DNA from: Bispira polyomma
Lineage: Eukaryota
Length of the DNA: 64,000 nucleotides
NCBI GenBank assembly: GCA_965649765.1
Contig: OZ287757.1
Span: 11,718,001 to 11,782,000, forward strand
Direction of reading: 5' to 3'
Both the position numbers and the translations under genes were made by a program. The notes under the pieces were generated by a model, which did not search any database, was not told the origin of the DNA, and saw only the letters and a program-made list of their open reading frames with translations. Of the stretch, positions 13,138 through 26,102 are shown piece by piece; position 1 is the first letter of the stretch, and each line of letters opens with the position of its first letter.

Positions 13138-14409
13138 TATTTTTTGTGTCATATTATGACTGATAGTTAGTTCACTGGTGGAATAAATCAGAATGAGGTT
13201 ATTGGTAAATGCTTTTCGCTATGCACATCCAACAGACTTAAGCAAGTCTACTGCGATGAAAAAGCGGGTCTGCATTCAATTCCTCCTTGACCCCTGTCCT
13301 ATTCGATACCAAATATGAGATCAAATTATTTCAGCAGTGTTTCTTGATGACCAACAAAACCAACAAACACCCACGCAAACCAGATAACCTTGTTGTTGTT
13401 AAAGAATAACAGTCTTTGGAGAAATATGTGTGTTGTAGAAAGTAGAATTCGTGAGTAAAGGCTGTTAAGTGAAAGCCCATACATTCTTCATTTGCCCCCC
13501 CATAAATTTATGACCTGTGAACAGGGCAGGGTGGCAGTTAGGTGGGAGGGGGAGGGGGGAATAGGAGTGTAGGGGGTGTGTGGTTAAGTAGAAATAACAC
13601 AATAGGTAACCAATAAAACTAGGTGATTGCTGGTGTCTTTTATAATGCTCTACATATTTACTGGGAAAGCTTTGCAATAAAAAATACTGATATATATTAT
13701 GTATACGTACACAGATGAAAATATATGAAAATATACAAGAACAATTTTTTTTTTTAAATTGCTTGGTGCCATTTTTGTAGCCTATTTTTGTGAGATTAAG
13801 ATCAACAGTGAAATGTTTTTTTGTTTTTTTTTGTTTCATATATAAATACGGGAGCAAAAGGGGATTTGTGTGTTTTATTTGCCACTGTCTTAAGGTACAA
13901 TGGCCATGACACATGAAACAGGGGCATTATCGCCCAGTGGCCGTGGTTAATCTTAATATACCAAACTATCAAGGCAAAAGCACACTCAGGCACTCAGACT
14001 CAACAATCAAGTGGAGGCTATAACATAGATTATTAGTAAGATATGTGTAACTCGTGCACATAGAACTAACCTGTCCTTGTGACCATTCATCCTAATAGAG
14101 TTTTCAGCACTGAAATCAAATATTCAGTCAGATTTGATATAACTTCCATCTTTCCAGATGTACACGTAAAAATGAAATTGAGTTGGAATCTATGTTGAGG
14201 TCTTTTAGTTAAAAAATGGGATAAACAGTAATCTGTGACATTGGAGATTGAGCATTAATTTTTTGTAAAACCTAGAATAGTGTGTGTAATACCCATGCAC
14301 AGTATAATATAAATATAGAAAGAGTATATGAAATTTAACTGATATGCTCAAATAATCAAATTATTATCGAATTGTCTTTTAAAGCTGTTGTCTCTCAACA
14401 GCCATCTTA

Positions 14410-14650
14410 CATTGCAACTTGCCTTTCTTTTAGCAGTAACCTCAAGAGATGAAAGAGAATTTCTGTTTCCTTTATTAAACCAACAAAGAGGGCTGGATCT
14501 AAAGGTTCCTCAATGGCTGGCCTTTTGTTATGGAATAGTATCCCAGTTGAGTTTAGGTCACTAGATACATTTTCTGTGTTTAGGAGATAACTTAGAACCC
14601 ATCTCTTCAAACTTGCTGACCCCCCTTTACTTCACTCTCTGTAAACCACA
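14410..14650 (+). mobile_element. L2-a 3' fragment
   Basis: KPTKRAGSKGSSMAGLLLWNSIPVEFRSLDTFSVFRR-like, homologous to 2110-2290. Confidence 0.8.
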
Positions 14651-14769
14651 TCCTTCCAAATACCAAATTGACGACATTGCATTGTCTAAGGTGCTTTGGT
14701 AGCCAATGATGGATAGATAGCTCTGTAACAACATGGTATTGCTTGGCATCTGCAGACAATGGTGTTTTA

Positions 14770-15135
14770 TTACATCTAATTTAACTTTTATAGCGCTTAT
14801 CTCTATTAGCAGAGTTTAAGGCGCATGAGACAGAAAATCATTTTAACAATTTTATATAGTCATTGGACGTACATGGGTTGTGACCATGGAGACTCCAGAA
14901 AAGAGTAAGGTGGAAAAGCATTGCTAAATAGGTAGGTTTTGAGCTTTTTCCTAAAACAGGCAAATGATGAGGCAGTGAGAATGTCACAACATTCTACAGC
15001 TTAGGAGCACCATATGAGAAACTGTTGTTAAAATATCTTTTTGACTTGTGAACTGATCGTACAAAGGTAGGAACACTTGAGAAAGTATTTTCAGGCCTAC
15101 TATGCCTTGTATTGCGTTGACAGGTATAGGGATCT
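14770..15135 (-). mobile_element. L2-b 3' fragment
   Basis: Reverse complement reads HKSKRYFNNSFSYGAPKL..LKTYLFSNAFPP*; tail gcgccttaaactc..gataagcgctataaaa. Confidence 0.8.
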
Positions 15136-15184
15136 CACATCTTGAACACGTATGTTATCCTCCTCCCCTAAATATGTCCCCTAA

Positions 15185-15577
15185 GTTATCTCCTAAACAT
15201 ATCCTCCTCCCTACAAGTGCAATGTCATTACCAGGAGAGCCGCTCCCACAAATAGATTCCTTCTTGTTCCAAAGTACACAGGTCAAAGGTTCACTTTGAT
15301 TAAAGTTTTGCAAATGATGGCCCTACCCTATGGAATAGTTTGCCTCAACACATTAGGTCAGCTCCGTCCCTGTATTCCTTCCGGCGCAGTTTAAAGACCT
15401 ATCTGTTCAATGATGCGTTCCCTCCATAGTCTCTTTCCCATTCTCGGTGGACACATTGATGACGACTTCCTTCTGTCTATCACCTATGTGTTTTGACTCT
15501 GGCTTTGGTTTTTTTGCGTCTTAGAATTCGTTACAACGAAAATAAGTGCTAAAAAAGTCTGATATATTATTATTATT
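15185..15577 (+). mobile_element. L2-b 3' fragment
   Basis: FANDGPTLWNSLPQHIRSAPSLYSFRRSLKTYLFNDAFPP*; hairpin tail and (ATT)n. Confidence 0.85.
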
Positions 15578-16426
15578 AAATAGCTAGAAATTGAGCTAGA
15601 GATCCAACTCCCTAGCCACTAGGCCATTAGATACCTTACACTATGTTTATATATTTTTTATTTTCACCATAATAATAGAATGAAGTTTTGAGTTAGAATT
15701 TACTTGGGATTTACATGACTTTAAACGGCTTAGGTCATCTGACAGCCAGATTCTTGAAAAACTGTATCAAAGAAAATGCTTTAAATGTGAACTTTAACAG
15801 CTGGGAGAAAATTGCCTTAATTTTAAATTATAATTTTTTCTAAGAAAATTCACTGGCATTAATCTTCATTATTGGCCAATCTGTAGTTTCACAGATTGAC
15901 TGTAAAACTAATTTTCTCATCACTTATGCTTAACAAAACCTTTTATTAATTAACAACATAAGTAGAAATTTACACTTGTAAAACACTAAAATGAGAAGGG
16001 TATGTTTTAGTTACACCAATACAGATGACAATAGTAATGTTGTTAGTAGTGTTAGTTGCCAATCAATCAAATGCCCCTAGAGATGAGCTAGATGGAGGTA
16101 GGTGTGATTGTTCATTTAATGACCACTAACAAGGGGGAACAGTCATACAGAGCCTTGTGTGACACTCCCCTTTCTTCACCCCCTCCATCCCCCACCCCCG
16201 ATACCGCAAAAGAGGATATTTTGAGTGGAAGAAATTTTATTACTTTTTTCTCTTTAGAAGAAGTTAGACTGAAATGAATTTTCATTATTATTCAAATTTA
16301 AATCATTATTTATTTATTTCTTTATTGAAGTTATGTGCAGCATAATAATACCAAGTATAGATTGAACACTATAATATATCTGTTGCCCAGCCTTATAGAA
16401 AGAATGCTTATATATCACACAATAAA

Positions 16427-16770
16427 CCCTTTCGGCCCCAAGAGAAAACTATGGCCGGAAACTGAAGCAAACGTTTTTGAATAATAGTTTACCGATAGCT
16501 AGAGTCACTAAAACACAAACCACAGACTACTTCCGGTCATTCAATAATGGCCCTGCGTATAATTTAAAAAATATGCTGTATTTACAATCTTATATTGCGA
16601 AGAACTGAAGGAAACTCAAATGACATTTTTGCAGTTGTCGACTGCTTGCTGACAGACTTAGGTACTAGGAGTAAACAAATGCCGTCGACTGCTTGCCAAC
16701 AGACATAGGTCCTAGAAGTAAACAAATGCCGTCGAGTGCTTTCCGGCAACATATGGGTCGAAACGGACCG
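16427..16770 (+). mobile_element. piggyBac-like MITE, family M5
   Basis: Begins CCCTTT and ends at TTAA; family consensus TTAA-CCCTTT...AAAGGG-TTAA taken from about 10 copies; internal ~50-bp duplication at 16635-16740. Confidence 0.75.
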
Positions 16771-17419
16771 TTAATGTTCACAATACATTCTGAGAGTGGA
16801 CTCCTATCTCCCCTACTTTACAAAATCCAGGATGACACCTAATGGCTTGATACCCTACAGCCAAATATTGGCAATCCCTTGATCATGTTCCCCTCTCACA
16901 GACCACCTCCCCTTTATTGGTATATCTAATAATTGTGTGGTGTTGTTGACGGGGTAGATCAATGACCAATCAAGTCACACTTAATAGACTCATTAGTGTC
17001 AGTCGCATTATAGCTGCTCTTGATATGGTAGATTTAGTTTAGTTTGAGGCTTTTTTAACCCCTTTGCAACTGAGAAAGTGGCAGTTTCCTTGTGAAGAGT
17101 GACGAAAATTTCAGGGTAACACTTTGACCCACTTTCTAATTATGTCAGCTGTGACGTGTTACCGGACACAAAAATCTCAAAAAAATGAAAAATGATGTGT
17201 TGGCTTTTTCAACATAAAACATTGTATTTATGCATCCATTAATTCTTTCATTTTTTCTTACGACATCAATTTCTATCGGTCCACCTATGTACAAGAAAAA
17301 TATAAGAACCATAAATATGAGACAAATATAACATTAGCCACGTTAAAACAAGATACATGTTTCCATGAGTATTATCAATGACTCTACACCCTCTACAGGG
17401 TTAATCTTGTATGCTTGAT

Positions 17420-17685
17420 GGGGCCGCAGTGACCTAGTGCTTAACAAGCATTGCGCTTCACAATCACTGGTCTCTCACCTCTGGGCGGCGTGAGTTTGAA
17501 TCCCGTCGATACCTATGTGGGAAAGGTGGTAGTTCCTGACTGTGGGCCACTGGTTTCAGTGCAGAACCTTGATCAACTGTATGCAGTATTTCCTCCAGCG
17601 TTTCCAACTACCCATCCCAATATAACCTAAACAGGTACTAGAGTGGACGTTAAATATCCAAATTTGAAAAAAAAACAAAAAAAAA
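17420..17685 (+). mobile_element. tRNA-derived SINE, family A, full length
   Basis: GGGGCCGC start, A and B boxes, tail gtggacgttaaatatccaaatt plus poly(A); TSD ttgtatgcttgat / ttctatgcttgat. Confidence 0.92.
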
Positions 17686-18829
17686 TTCTATGCTTGATAC
17701 AACATAGCGGTCGTCCATCTAACGACTTAAAAAACAACAACTACAAGCCTCCTTTTGGGGTGACAGTACTTTGAGACTGAGAGTCTATTTCCCATTTAAT
17801 CAAGTTACTAGGCTTGATGAGTGTGATATGGTAAGTACATTGGCTGGCCAAAGAGCAATGGCCTTAAAGAAGACAAGACCATTTCTAATTTGAAACCAAC
17901 AGTCACATTGTGTCGCAATCTGGCATATCCTGGGCAAAAGCCCTGCCACCCCCGATCCCTCTAACCCTTGTCACAAATGCTTCATTAGTTGACATAGTGA
18001 GTACAATTGTATAGCAATTGTCCAATAGTTGCTATTGGGGTGGTGTGAGGGTAATTTACATAATTACATAGCAGACTGTTTAATGAAGTGTCCTGCAGAG
18101 TTTCTGTGTGGGTAAGCATACAGCTAGAGCCTATATTATACTAACATGTTTTGGGAACGCCTACTTTTGTTTGTATACCAGAAGCCTATGCAATGGAAGA
18201 GAGGCATTTCTGTGCAAAACAATTGCAAGACATAAATGTGGGACAAATGATGAAATCAAATCTTCAGATTAAGAGTATCAATTTTTTTAGTGCTTATTTC
18301 CATTGTGACAAGTTTGTGACAAATGGTAGGCTGTGCAATGCTCGTGAACCTGTTCCATCTTTGTGCTGTAGGCGCACAATAACTCGTGAAAAGATGGGTG
18401 TTCCGTAATGAAAACTTAAATATATACAGTAAAAAGACTCTCGGACTATATTTTTATGAATGTTTTTTTTAATCGTAAGTAATTTTCAAGTTAGTAATTA
18501 ATAATAAAGTAATAATAAAGTAATTTTAAATTTTTTTGGTGTGTGTGTGTGTGTGTCGGGGAGGGGGGGAGGTATTTTGACTGGCTTTTGTTTTGAAACT
18601 CTGTTATTGTGTAATTTTATATGATGGAATAGTTGTAACATGGAGCTGCCTACCTTGTAGTAATACTTTTTTTTGTACTTTTTTGTACCATGGGCTCATT
18701 TCAATGTAATTTAATGGTTTATTATTTTAGAATGGGTGTCACTATAGCATGAAATTTTGCTCTCTCCATAGAAAAGGGGAGGGGGGGGGGAGTCCAACCC
18801 TCTGAAATCCCCCACCCCTGGATTCGGCT

Positions 18830-18857
18830 ATGATATACATATATATATATATATATA
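18830..18857. repeat. (TA)n microsatellite
   Basis: Direct reading. Confidence 0.9.
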
Positions 18858-18864
18858 ATGTCGC

Positions 18865-19602
18865 ACAGACGTCACTCCTTACTTAAAAAAAATACACTGG
18901 CTGCCCTTTCTTTCTCGTATTTTGTCCAAGATTGAATTTACCACTTTTAAAGCTGTAGTAACGAAACAGCCCCCCCCCCCCCCCACCTTGCTTCCCTTTT
19001 CTCCTTTAGTGACCGTAAGAGAGGCAACAGCAGTCAGACCCATCGGGAAGGCGAGATCCAGAACGTTCTCCACTGCAGCTCCTTTGTTATGGAACAAACT
19101 CCCAGTTGACCTCAGATCAGTGTATACACTTATCTGTTTGAGGAAAAAGCTTCAAACATATCTTTTTAACCTTGCCTACCCACCTTAGCTTCCCTCGTGC
19201 ACGCGGGGCCGCGGTGCCCTGTTGGTTAGCAAGCATTGTGCTTCACAATCACTGGTCTCTCACCTCTGGGCGGTGTGAGTTCGAATCCTGTCGATGCCTA
19301 TGTGCAAAAAGTGGTAGTTCCTTACTGTGGGCCGCTGGTTTCAGTGCAGAACCATGATCAACTGTATGCAGTGTTTCCTCCAGTGTTTCCAACTACCCGT
19401 TCCAATATAACCTAAACAGGTACTAGAGTGGACGTTAAATATCCAAATTGAAAAAAAAAAAAAAATTCCTTTGTGCACGCTCCCACTTCCTTCCTTACAA
19501 CTTTGTTTGGTCCTTGGACCGAATGATTGGATCAATGATTCTGCTGTTGCTCTTTAGAAGATGCCTAGCATAAAAAAGCATGTTAAAAATTCAAAATAAT
19601 AA
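18865..19602 (+). mobile_element. L2-a 3' fragment interrupted by a SINE A
   Basis: HWLP..SRILSKIEFTTFKAV..RTFSTAAPLLWNKLPVDLRS..KKLQTYLFNLAYPP*; 3' UTR resumes at 19466 and ends in gatgcctagcat. Confidence 0.85.
19205..19465 (+). mobile_element. SINE family A, full length
   Basis: 15-bp TSD ttccctcgtgcacgc (19190-19204) / ttcctttgtgcacgc (19466-19480). Confidence 0.93.
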
Positions 19603-21365
19603 TCTAATCTAATCTAATCGTCCTTTATAGCACTTAATCTTCGTACAACAATTTTAAGGCACAACTAACCTAAGCATTATTAAAAAAATCAAAAATAGTG
19701 GGCTGATGGAAGTCATAACCAGATAGACTACCGGGATGGTTGCGATCGCTAAGGTGGAAGGGCCTGTTTGAAAAAGTAAGCCTTCAGCTAACTACGAAAA
19801 GAAGAGAACGTTTGAGCCAAGCGAACATGATCAGGCAGGCTGTTCCATATGAAGGGGTCATCATGAGCAAAGCAATGATTAAAATGTAGTTTGGATTTAT
19901 GGATGCGAGGGTAGAAACTGGGAATATTAAGATATAATTTATCAGAGTTACTGTGCCTAGTCCTGACAGAGCATGTATATTTGGATAGATGGGGGCTGAA
20001 ATAGGTGGGTGATCTATAATATAGAAATTTGTATATAATTGTTGCAGATTTGAAAACAACACGATATTTTAATGGGAGCCAGTGGATTGACTTAAGTACA
20101 GGAGTAATATGAGAAATTTTAGAAGTTTTGGCCACAATGTGAGCCAATGAGTGTTGAACGTTCTGAAGGCATTTGAGGTCATTACAAGATAGGGAATGGA
20201 ACAGAGAGTTGCAGTAATCAAGCCTACTGCTGACCAAGGCGTTGGCAACAGTGATTGCAGTGGTTAGATAACTTCGAATTCGCCTGAAATCACGGAGGCC
20301 AACAAAACATGATCTACACTTGAATGAAACATGGTTGGAGAAGGAGAATTCAGAGTCGAACAACACGCCCAGGTTGCGTACTTTGTCAGCTGGGAAAAGC
20401 CTGCTGCCAAGAATATCAACTGGGAAACAGCTGGAGAGTTTTTCCCATTGCGACTTGGAGCCAAAAATAATAAACTCAGTCTTATCAGGGTTCAGCTTGA
20501 GTTTATTTTCTGCCATCCAGTGTTGTACATCGACAAGGCAGTTCTGTAAGGAGGTGAAAGCTGCCTGGGCAGAATCGGGTGTAAGGTGGATGTACAATAG
20601 GGTATCATCCGCATAGAAGTGAAAGTTTATGTTTTTGTATGCAGCAAAGATCTTGCTGAGTGGAGTGGTGTACATTGAGAACAAAATAGGACCCAGGACT
20701 GAGCCCTGGGGAACCTTAAATTTTAACCATGTAGGGTCGGACAAGATGTTGCCAATTTTGACCGATTGGAATCATATCAGACAAATACGTCGTGAACCAT
20801 TTAAGTGCAGTACCGCTGATACCAAACCAAGACGATAGGCACTCAGTACCGCCGACAGATCCAGCAGTACTAAGGTAGTAGGCATACTTTTAGATAAAGA
20901 TATATGAACGTCATTTTTGATGCAGAGTAGTGCAGTCTCTGTAGAATAGCCACTTCTGTACGCTAACTGATACTTATTGCATAGATTACTAATGTCGAGA
21001 TGTTGTTTGATCTGTAAGGCGACCACTCGTTCAACCAACTTAGAGATATAGCAAAGGCCTGAGACAGGACAGTAGTTTTTCAAATCAGCCTTTGGAAAAG
21101 AAGATTTTTTTATTAAAGGAGTGACAATGGCTGTTTTAAAATCATTTGAAAAGATGCCATTGACCAATGAGAGGTTAACAGGTTTTCTGATTGAGGGCAA
21201 TAAAATGTCAATACATTCCTTCACAAGAAATGTAGGCCACGAATCAAACAAGCAAGATTTTACATGTGATGTAAGTATAATTTTTCTGACCTCATCAACA
21301 GTTACTGTGGAGAAACGGTTGAAGATGGTTGGTGGAGCTGATAGTAAAGGAGCATTTGGGGCAAT
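19601..21365 (-). mobile_element. 5'-truncated L2-clade LINE (L2-b), RT domain to tail
   Basis: ORFs 20772-21428 and 19788-20744: KSCLFDSWPT, NYCPVSGLCYISKLVE, LLDLSA, VPQGSVLGPILF, FYADDT, KLKLNPDKTEF, SRLDYCNSL, HWLP; (ATTAG)n tail at 19601-19618. Confidence 0.95.
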
Positions 21366-21624
21366 TGATCTAAATAATAATAGTAATATATGTAGGAACC
21401 TATGGTATATACATTTGTGACGTAACAAAACACTATTTTGAGTTAGGGCAAGGATTTTTCTGTTTGTAATTTGAATCTGTATGGCATGGTTATTGTTTAC
21501 TTATATAGTGCCAGAGGGTAGCTAGGAGGCGGGGGGAGCTCAATGGGTATTTATATATATTATTTTTTTCTGTCACTAAATTGGTATGCCTGGGCGGACT
21601 GGCTTCTACACTAGCTACACCTCT

Positions 21625-21905
21625 GAGTGCCATAATCTATGCATCCTCTGTGGTGCACATCCAAGTCAAATATGCAAAAGAACAGTCTGATAGGAGAAAA
21701 AGGTTTGTGAACAGAGTTCAATCGTAAAAAGCGAGTTGATACAGATGTGTTTTTCTGGTAGGTTATGTTCTTAAAGCCTGTAATCCTTGTCTCAATATGA
21801 TGACTGACAGGGTGACAGGTGTTGCTGCAACTTAAAATACTTTTGAACCTGCAAGTTTTTTCTTGGTAAGACGTCAGAGGTTGGGAGACAATTTCCTCTG
21901 GTGAG
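21625..21905 (-). mobile_element. L2-c 3' fragment
   Basis: Homologous to 63425-63510 and 48845-49100; tail gatgtgcaccacagaggatgc. Confidence 0.65.
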
Positions 21906-22019
21906 ATAGCCAAAAAAATTGCAAGTTAACAAAAAGAAGTAGTCAGTAATAAGGAACCTAAATTCCTACAGTCAATTATGAACATCACTGTTATCTAATG
22001 TGCAATTATTCAGTCTTGG

Positions 22020-22240
22020 AAGCATATACAATCTGTGCTGCCACATATGGCACACAAAGACTAACACCCATTAGCGGCCAGGTACCTATTTATACATCTG
22101 GGGGTGGAGAGGGACAAATTTGTGTAAAGTACCTTGTTCAAGGGTAGAATCTCCAAGCCTGCAGCGAAGATCCAACCGGGGCTGTAAGATCGTTTAGATC
22201 CAAAGTTCAAAACTCTAACTGCTAGGCCACAGAGACCACT
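22020..22240 (-). mobile_element. CORE-type SINE, family D
   Basis: Reverse complement: gtggcctagcagttagag A box; ttgaacaaggtactttacacaaatttgtccctctccaccc..gtataaataggtacc. Confidence 0.7.
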
Positions 22241-22364
22241 GGTATATCAATATTAATATTAATACACACGTTTAACAATACAAAAGCATTGATAAGGAAG
22301 TACCTAGCTGCCGGGGCAAATTCCAGGCAATTATATGTAAATGGCAGAGATAAAAAAAAAAAGA

Positions 22365-22712
22365 GGAAAAGACAAGGTTGAGATGAAACAGGCTCTCTGT
22401 TTCTTCGGTCAGACCCATCAAAAAGGCAGGATCAAAGCTTTCTCCATTGCAGCTCCCTTATAATGAAACAGTCTCCCAGTTGACCTTAGATCAGTTGATA
22501 CACTCATCGGTTTTAGGAAAAAGCTTAAAACCTATCTTTTTAACCTTGCCTACCCACCTTAGCTTTCATTGTGTACGCTCACACATCTTTCCTTACGACT
22601 TTGCTATGCCCATGGACTTTACGATTGGATCAATGAATCTACTGTTGTGCTTTAGAAGATGCCTAGCATCAAAAAAGACCGTTAAAAATTCATAATAATA
22701 ATAATAATAATA
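22365..22712 (+). mobile_element. L2-a 3' fragment
   Basis: Same C-terminus and UTR as 18865-19602 without the SINE; (AAT)n tail. Confidence 0.85.
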
Positions 22713-23173
22713 AAAAAAAAACAAAAGAGAACTAAACTGTCCTAATTTACCAATCTTAAAATAAAATTTTAAAACAATGTATATACACTGCTATAGACCT
22801 ATACATTGCATTATCAGTGATAGGTGTTTAAAGGCTCATATACTGTACCCCCTAAGCATTATTTCTACTGACGTAGATCAGACAAGCCTGTCAAAGAGAC
22901 AGTCACCTCGGGGGCTTATTATAAAGGATCTTGTCCTGCTAATTACCATATTTCTGCTGGTTGGGTTGAGTTGAGCAAAACTCTTTATAAGCTAAGGTCA
23001 CATGATCTGTGTTGATGTTCTAAAAAAACATTGGTCCTTTGTTTCTTTAGTTTTAGATGAGGTAAGTCTCTTTGTTATATTACACATTTGCCAGAGGCGT
23101 ATTCACAATCATGCTCAGAATGCAATTCTTAAAATTTGTTTTTAGTCTCAGCCAATGATAATCTTTGTGTAAA

Positions 23174-23450
23174 TACCAGCCGAGGAAGTGATGTCTTTAC
23201 ACACATGTTTGTTGGTTTGTTTGAGTTTCTTTTATCAGCAGGATTTTACCCCAATACAGTAACTAAACCAAATTAAACTTTTTATTAAATTTGTTTTTGA
23301 TTTGTTTTATTTTGAAACAACTGAAGTTTAACTAAACTCAGTGTATGATCAATTGGACTAATGCCACCACTAATCATCAGTTGTGGGTTGCAGTTATTGT
23401 TTAATTTTTATTACTTTCAACAGAAGTATGCACTCTACTGAGTGCCCTTA
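23174..23450 (+). mobile_element. Helentron-like non-autonomous element
   Basis: 5' tacc..gccgaggaagtgatgt with a gtttgttggtttgttt tract; 3' hairpin gcactc-tact-gagtgc. Confidence 0.55.
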
Positions 23451-23587
23451 TTGCTGACACATTTGTATGAATTGTACCTTCGAGGGGGGTGGGGGTGGGT
23501 GTCATTAAAGTTCAATATGCTACTTTAATAACAAATGAGTGGACGTTAAATATCCAAATTCAAATTCAAATTGACCAGCAATTCCAA

Positions 23588-23840
23588 AGCCATATTTACC
23601 CGGATGTCGTATTTTCGAAAGTAACTCAGGCTCAGACTCAGACTCAACTCAAATGAAAGATTACGTGGTGAAGTCCTTGTATACAGAGATAACCTGTACT
23701 TGTGACTATTTATTTTAATAGAGCTTTTAACCCTAAAGTCAAATATTGCTTAACTTAAACTCTAGCCTCTATGATTTTGTGGACTTTTGAATTTGAGCTA
23801 GACTGTAAGTTAAGTTAGAGATATTTCGGGAACATGGCCA
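23588..23840. mobile_element. MITE family M6 (actcag/tgagtt subterminal repeats)
   Basis: Core tacttgtgacc(a/t)ttcattttaatagagcttttaac shared with 14075-14140, 55780-55840 and 58595-58650. Confidence 0.55.
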
Positions 23841-26102
23841 GCGTCATCTATGTTATGCTTAAATTCACAAACTACACAAATAGCTTCCCTCAATAATGGA
23901 TAAACTCCTCCAACAAAACAAGTTAGCATGTCTAACTCATACGTGCAGTCAAATTTTGATATACTCTACCAGGCCATGTTGATAAAGATTGATATTCTTA
24001 GCATTCCTAGGATTCTTAGAATTTTCAACCCAAAAAATCTAAAAATTTCTGAAAACTAAAAATTCTAAAACTAAAATTTTTACATTTGTGGCTTTCTTTC
24101 TATTTTTGTAGATTTTAGCCTAATTCATTTTTTTTTTACAAAAAGAAACTTCCTAAATATTGCCCCAGGAATCTAACTTACCCAAAGATCAAATTAAACC
24201 ATTCATTGTTAAGTTCAGTTCAATTCCTTGCATAAGGTACTAACTAACCTTACATGTCAATGCAACGAACAATTAGCATCTGCAATTTCACAAGACATCC
24301 ATTGTTATCAACCGTTATGATTCCTTTTTCATCCCAGAAGTCAGATCAAAGGAATCAGGTATGAGATTTACTGATGCCTTAAAAACCTCACAAACCATGT
24401 TCTGCAATCTGTTTTCATTAACTTTACAGCTTGTGTGTGGGAAGTGGTATATGGTACCTTTATAGTTGTCCTTAAAAACCCAGTTCAATCGATCCCTCAA
24501 TAGATGAAAAAATACTGTTTGGGGGTTACAGTTACCCATAAGGTACATATCAGACATGCCATAGTTTAATAAAACAAATCACAATTCAAAATGCCCTTGT
24601 TTACACCATCGCCTCAAATCTAGAGTCTTCAAGACTGTCACTATATATTGATGTATTATGCAGTATAACTTCTATTATCCTGATTGTAGAGAAATGATGG
24701 CATTTGGAAGGTTCATCAAGTAGATGATATATTTTTAATATTAAAACAACAGAAAAAGGGGAAAAGTTGGAAAAGTGAATATGTTGTCCATAAAATTAAA
24801 TATTCAGATGATGGAAATTGAAAAATAGAGGTTTTACTTGTACTTGTTTAAGATCCATGATCAAAACGAGACCATTCAAACAATGTTTATGTTAAAGCCA
24901 TTGTTTTTGGCCACAAATTGGACACAACAAAATATTAATATTAAATTTCTTTAATATATGATATATATCAAATGGTTAAATCAGCAAAAGGCATAGAAAA
25001 TGTATGGTTTGTCTATAGTGTAGAGATTAAATAGCGAATGCTTCGTCATGAAATCTCATTATGGACACTAACAAACGAAATTTGTTTAGTTGAAATCAAT
25101 TTTAAAATAATACTTCAATTTGCATTGAAAATACAACAGTTTAGACTTAAGTTATTTGCTATTTTGTGAATCCCAATGTCTATAACACATAGAATATACC
25201 TTTAGCTTGCACTTAAACTAATAGCTTCAGTATTTGTTCACTCACAAAATACCCTTTGTGGGCAAAAGTCCTTGGGTGACATTTTGCTTACCTTTACAGA
25301 TTAAAGCTAAGCTCTATTTGTAAGCAACAGGTACGTCGTGTGATTGATGGCATCATCTCACAGACAAGGGCTCTATGTTTTACTTTACTACTGACAAGCA
25401 CTTGATTTGCAGCTAAATATAACAAAAGAGGGGGGAAAAAGACTAAACACTCGGCCACATATAATAGAGTGATATTGTCATGCAAAGGTAAGATGGCGTT
25501 GTGTAAGGGCTCGAAGGTCAGAATGAGCACTTAGAAGATGAAATTGTATCAAAATTTCCAGTCGAACTCACTTCACACAATAAACTTCAGGGCCGCCTTA
25601 TATTTATAACCCAACTTTATAGCTGGTAAGTTAGTACCGTAGTGTTATGAAGTTAAACTAACGTTAAATTAGAAAACGTGTGTCCATAGTATCTGTATAA
25701 AAGGCAATGTGAGGCTGGGTTTGTTGTATTTATGTTATTTCTAATTCTTAATTTAAGGTGTCCTTGTAAATAAGCTTGTAAAACCCTAACATGAAATATA
25801 AACTAATATATGTATATTCCAAAGTTGGTATTTTCATACCAAGGTCAAACATAGCTTTTAAGCTCACAGAGGAGAGTCACTGACGTAAAGTAAATTAAGG
25901 GACTAAAAACACATTGCATGCATTGCATAAATAACCTTGCGATGCATAGAAGTAGGGTCAATATATATTTGTAAGCATTGAGGGTTTAAAGTAGGGTTTA
26001 AAATTATTTTATATATTATGCGGCGAGATATTCATGAACGCAAACACAAAGCTTGTTACCCCTAATGATATTTAACCGAACCTAGCCTTTTCTTTGGCTT
26101 AA

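Noticed and set aside
20320-21420. Plus-strand ORFs overlapping the L2-b LINE, and antisense ORFs in the YR element
   Set aside because: Antisense shadows of TE coding sequence.
24315-24557. 80-aa minus-strand ORF
   Set aside because: No recognisable domain and no convincing flanking splice sites.
25290-25635. Cluster of splice-like motifs (tttacag, gtacgt, gtaaga, gtaagt)
   Set aside because: I could not assemble an open, recognisable exon chain; a non-coding exon cannot be excluded without RNA data.
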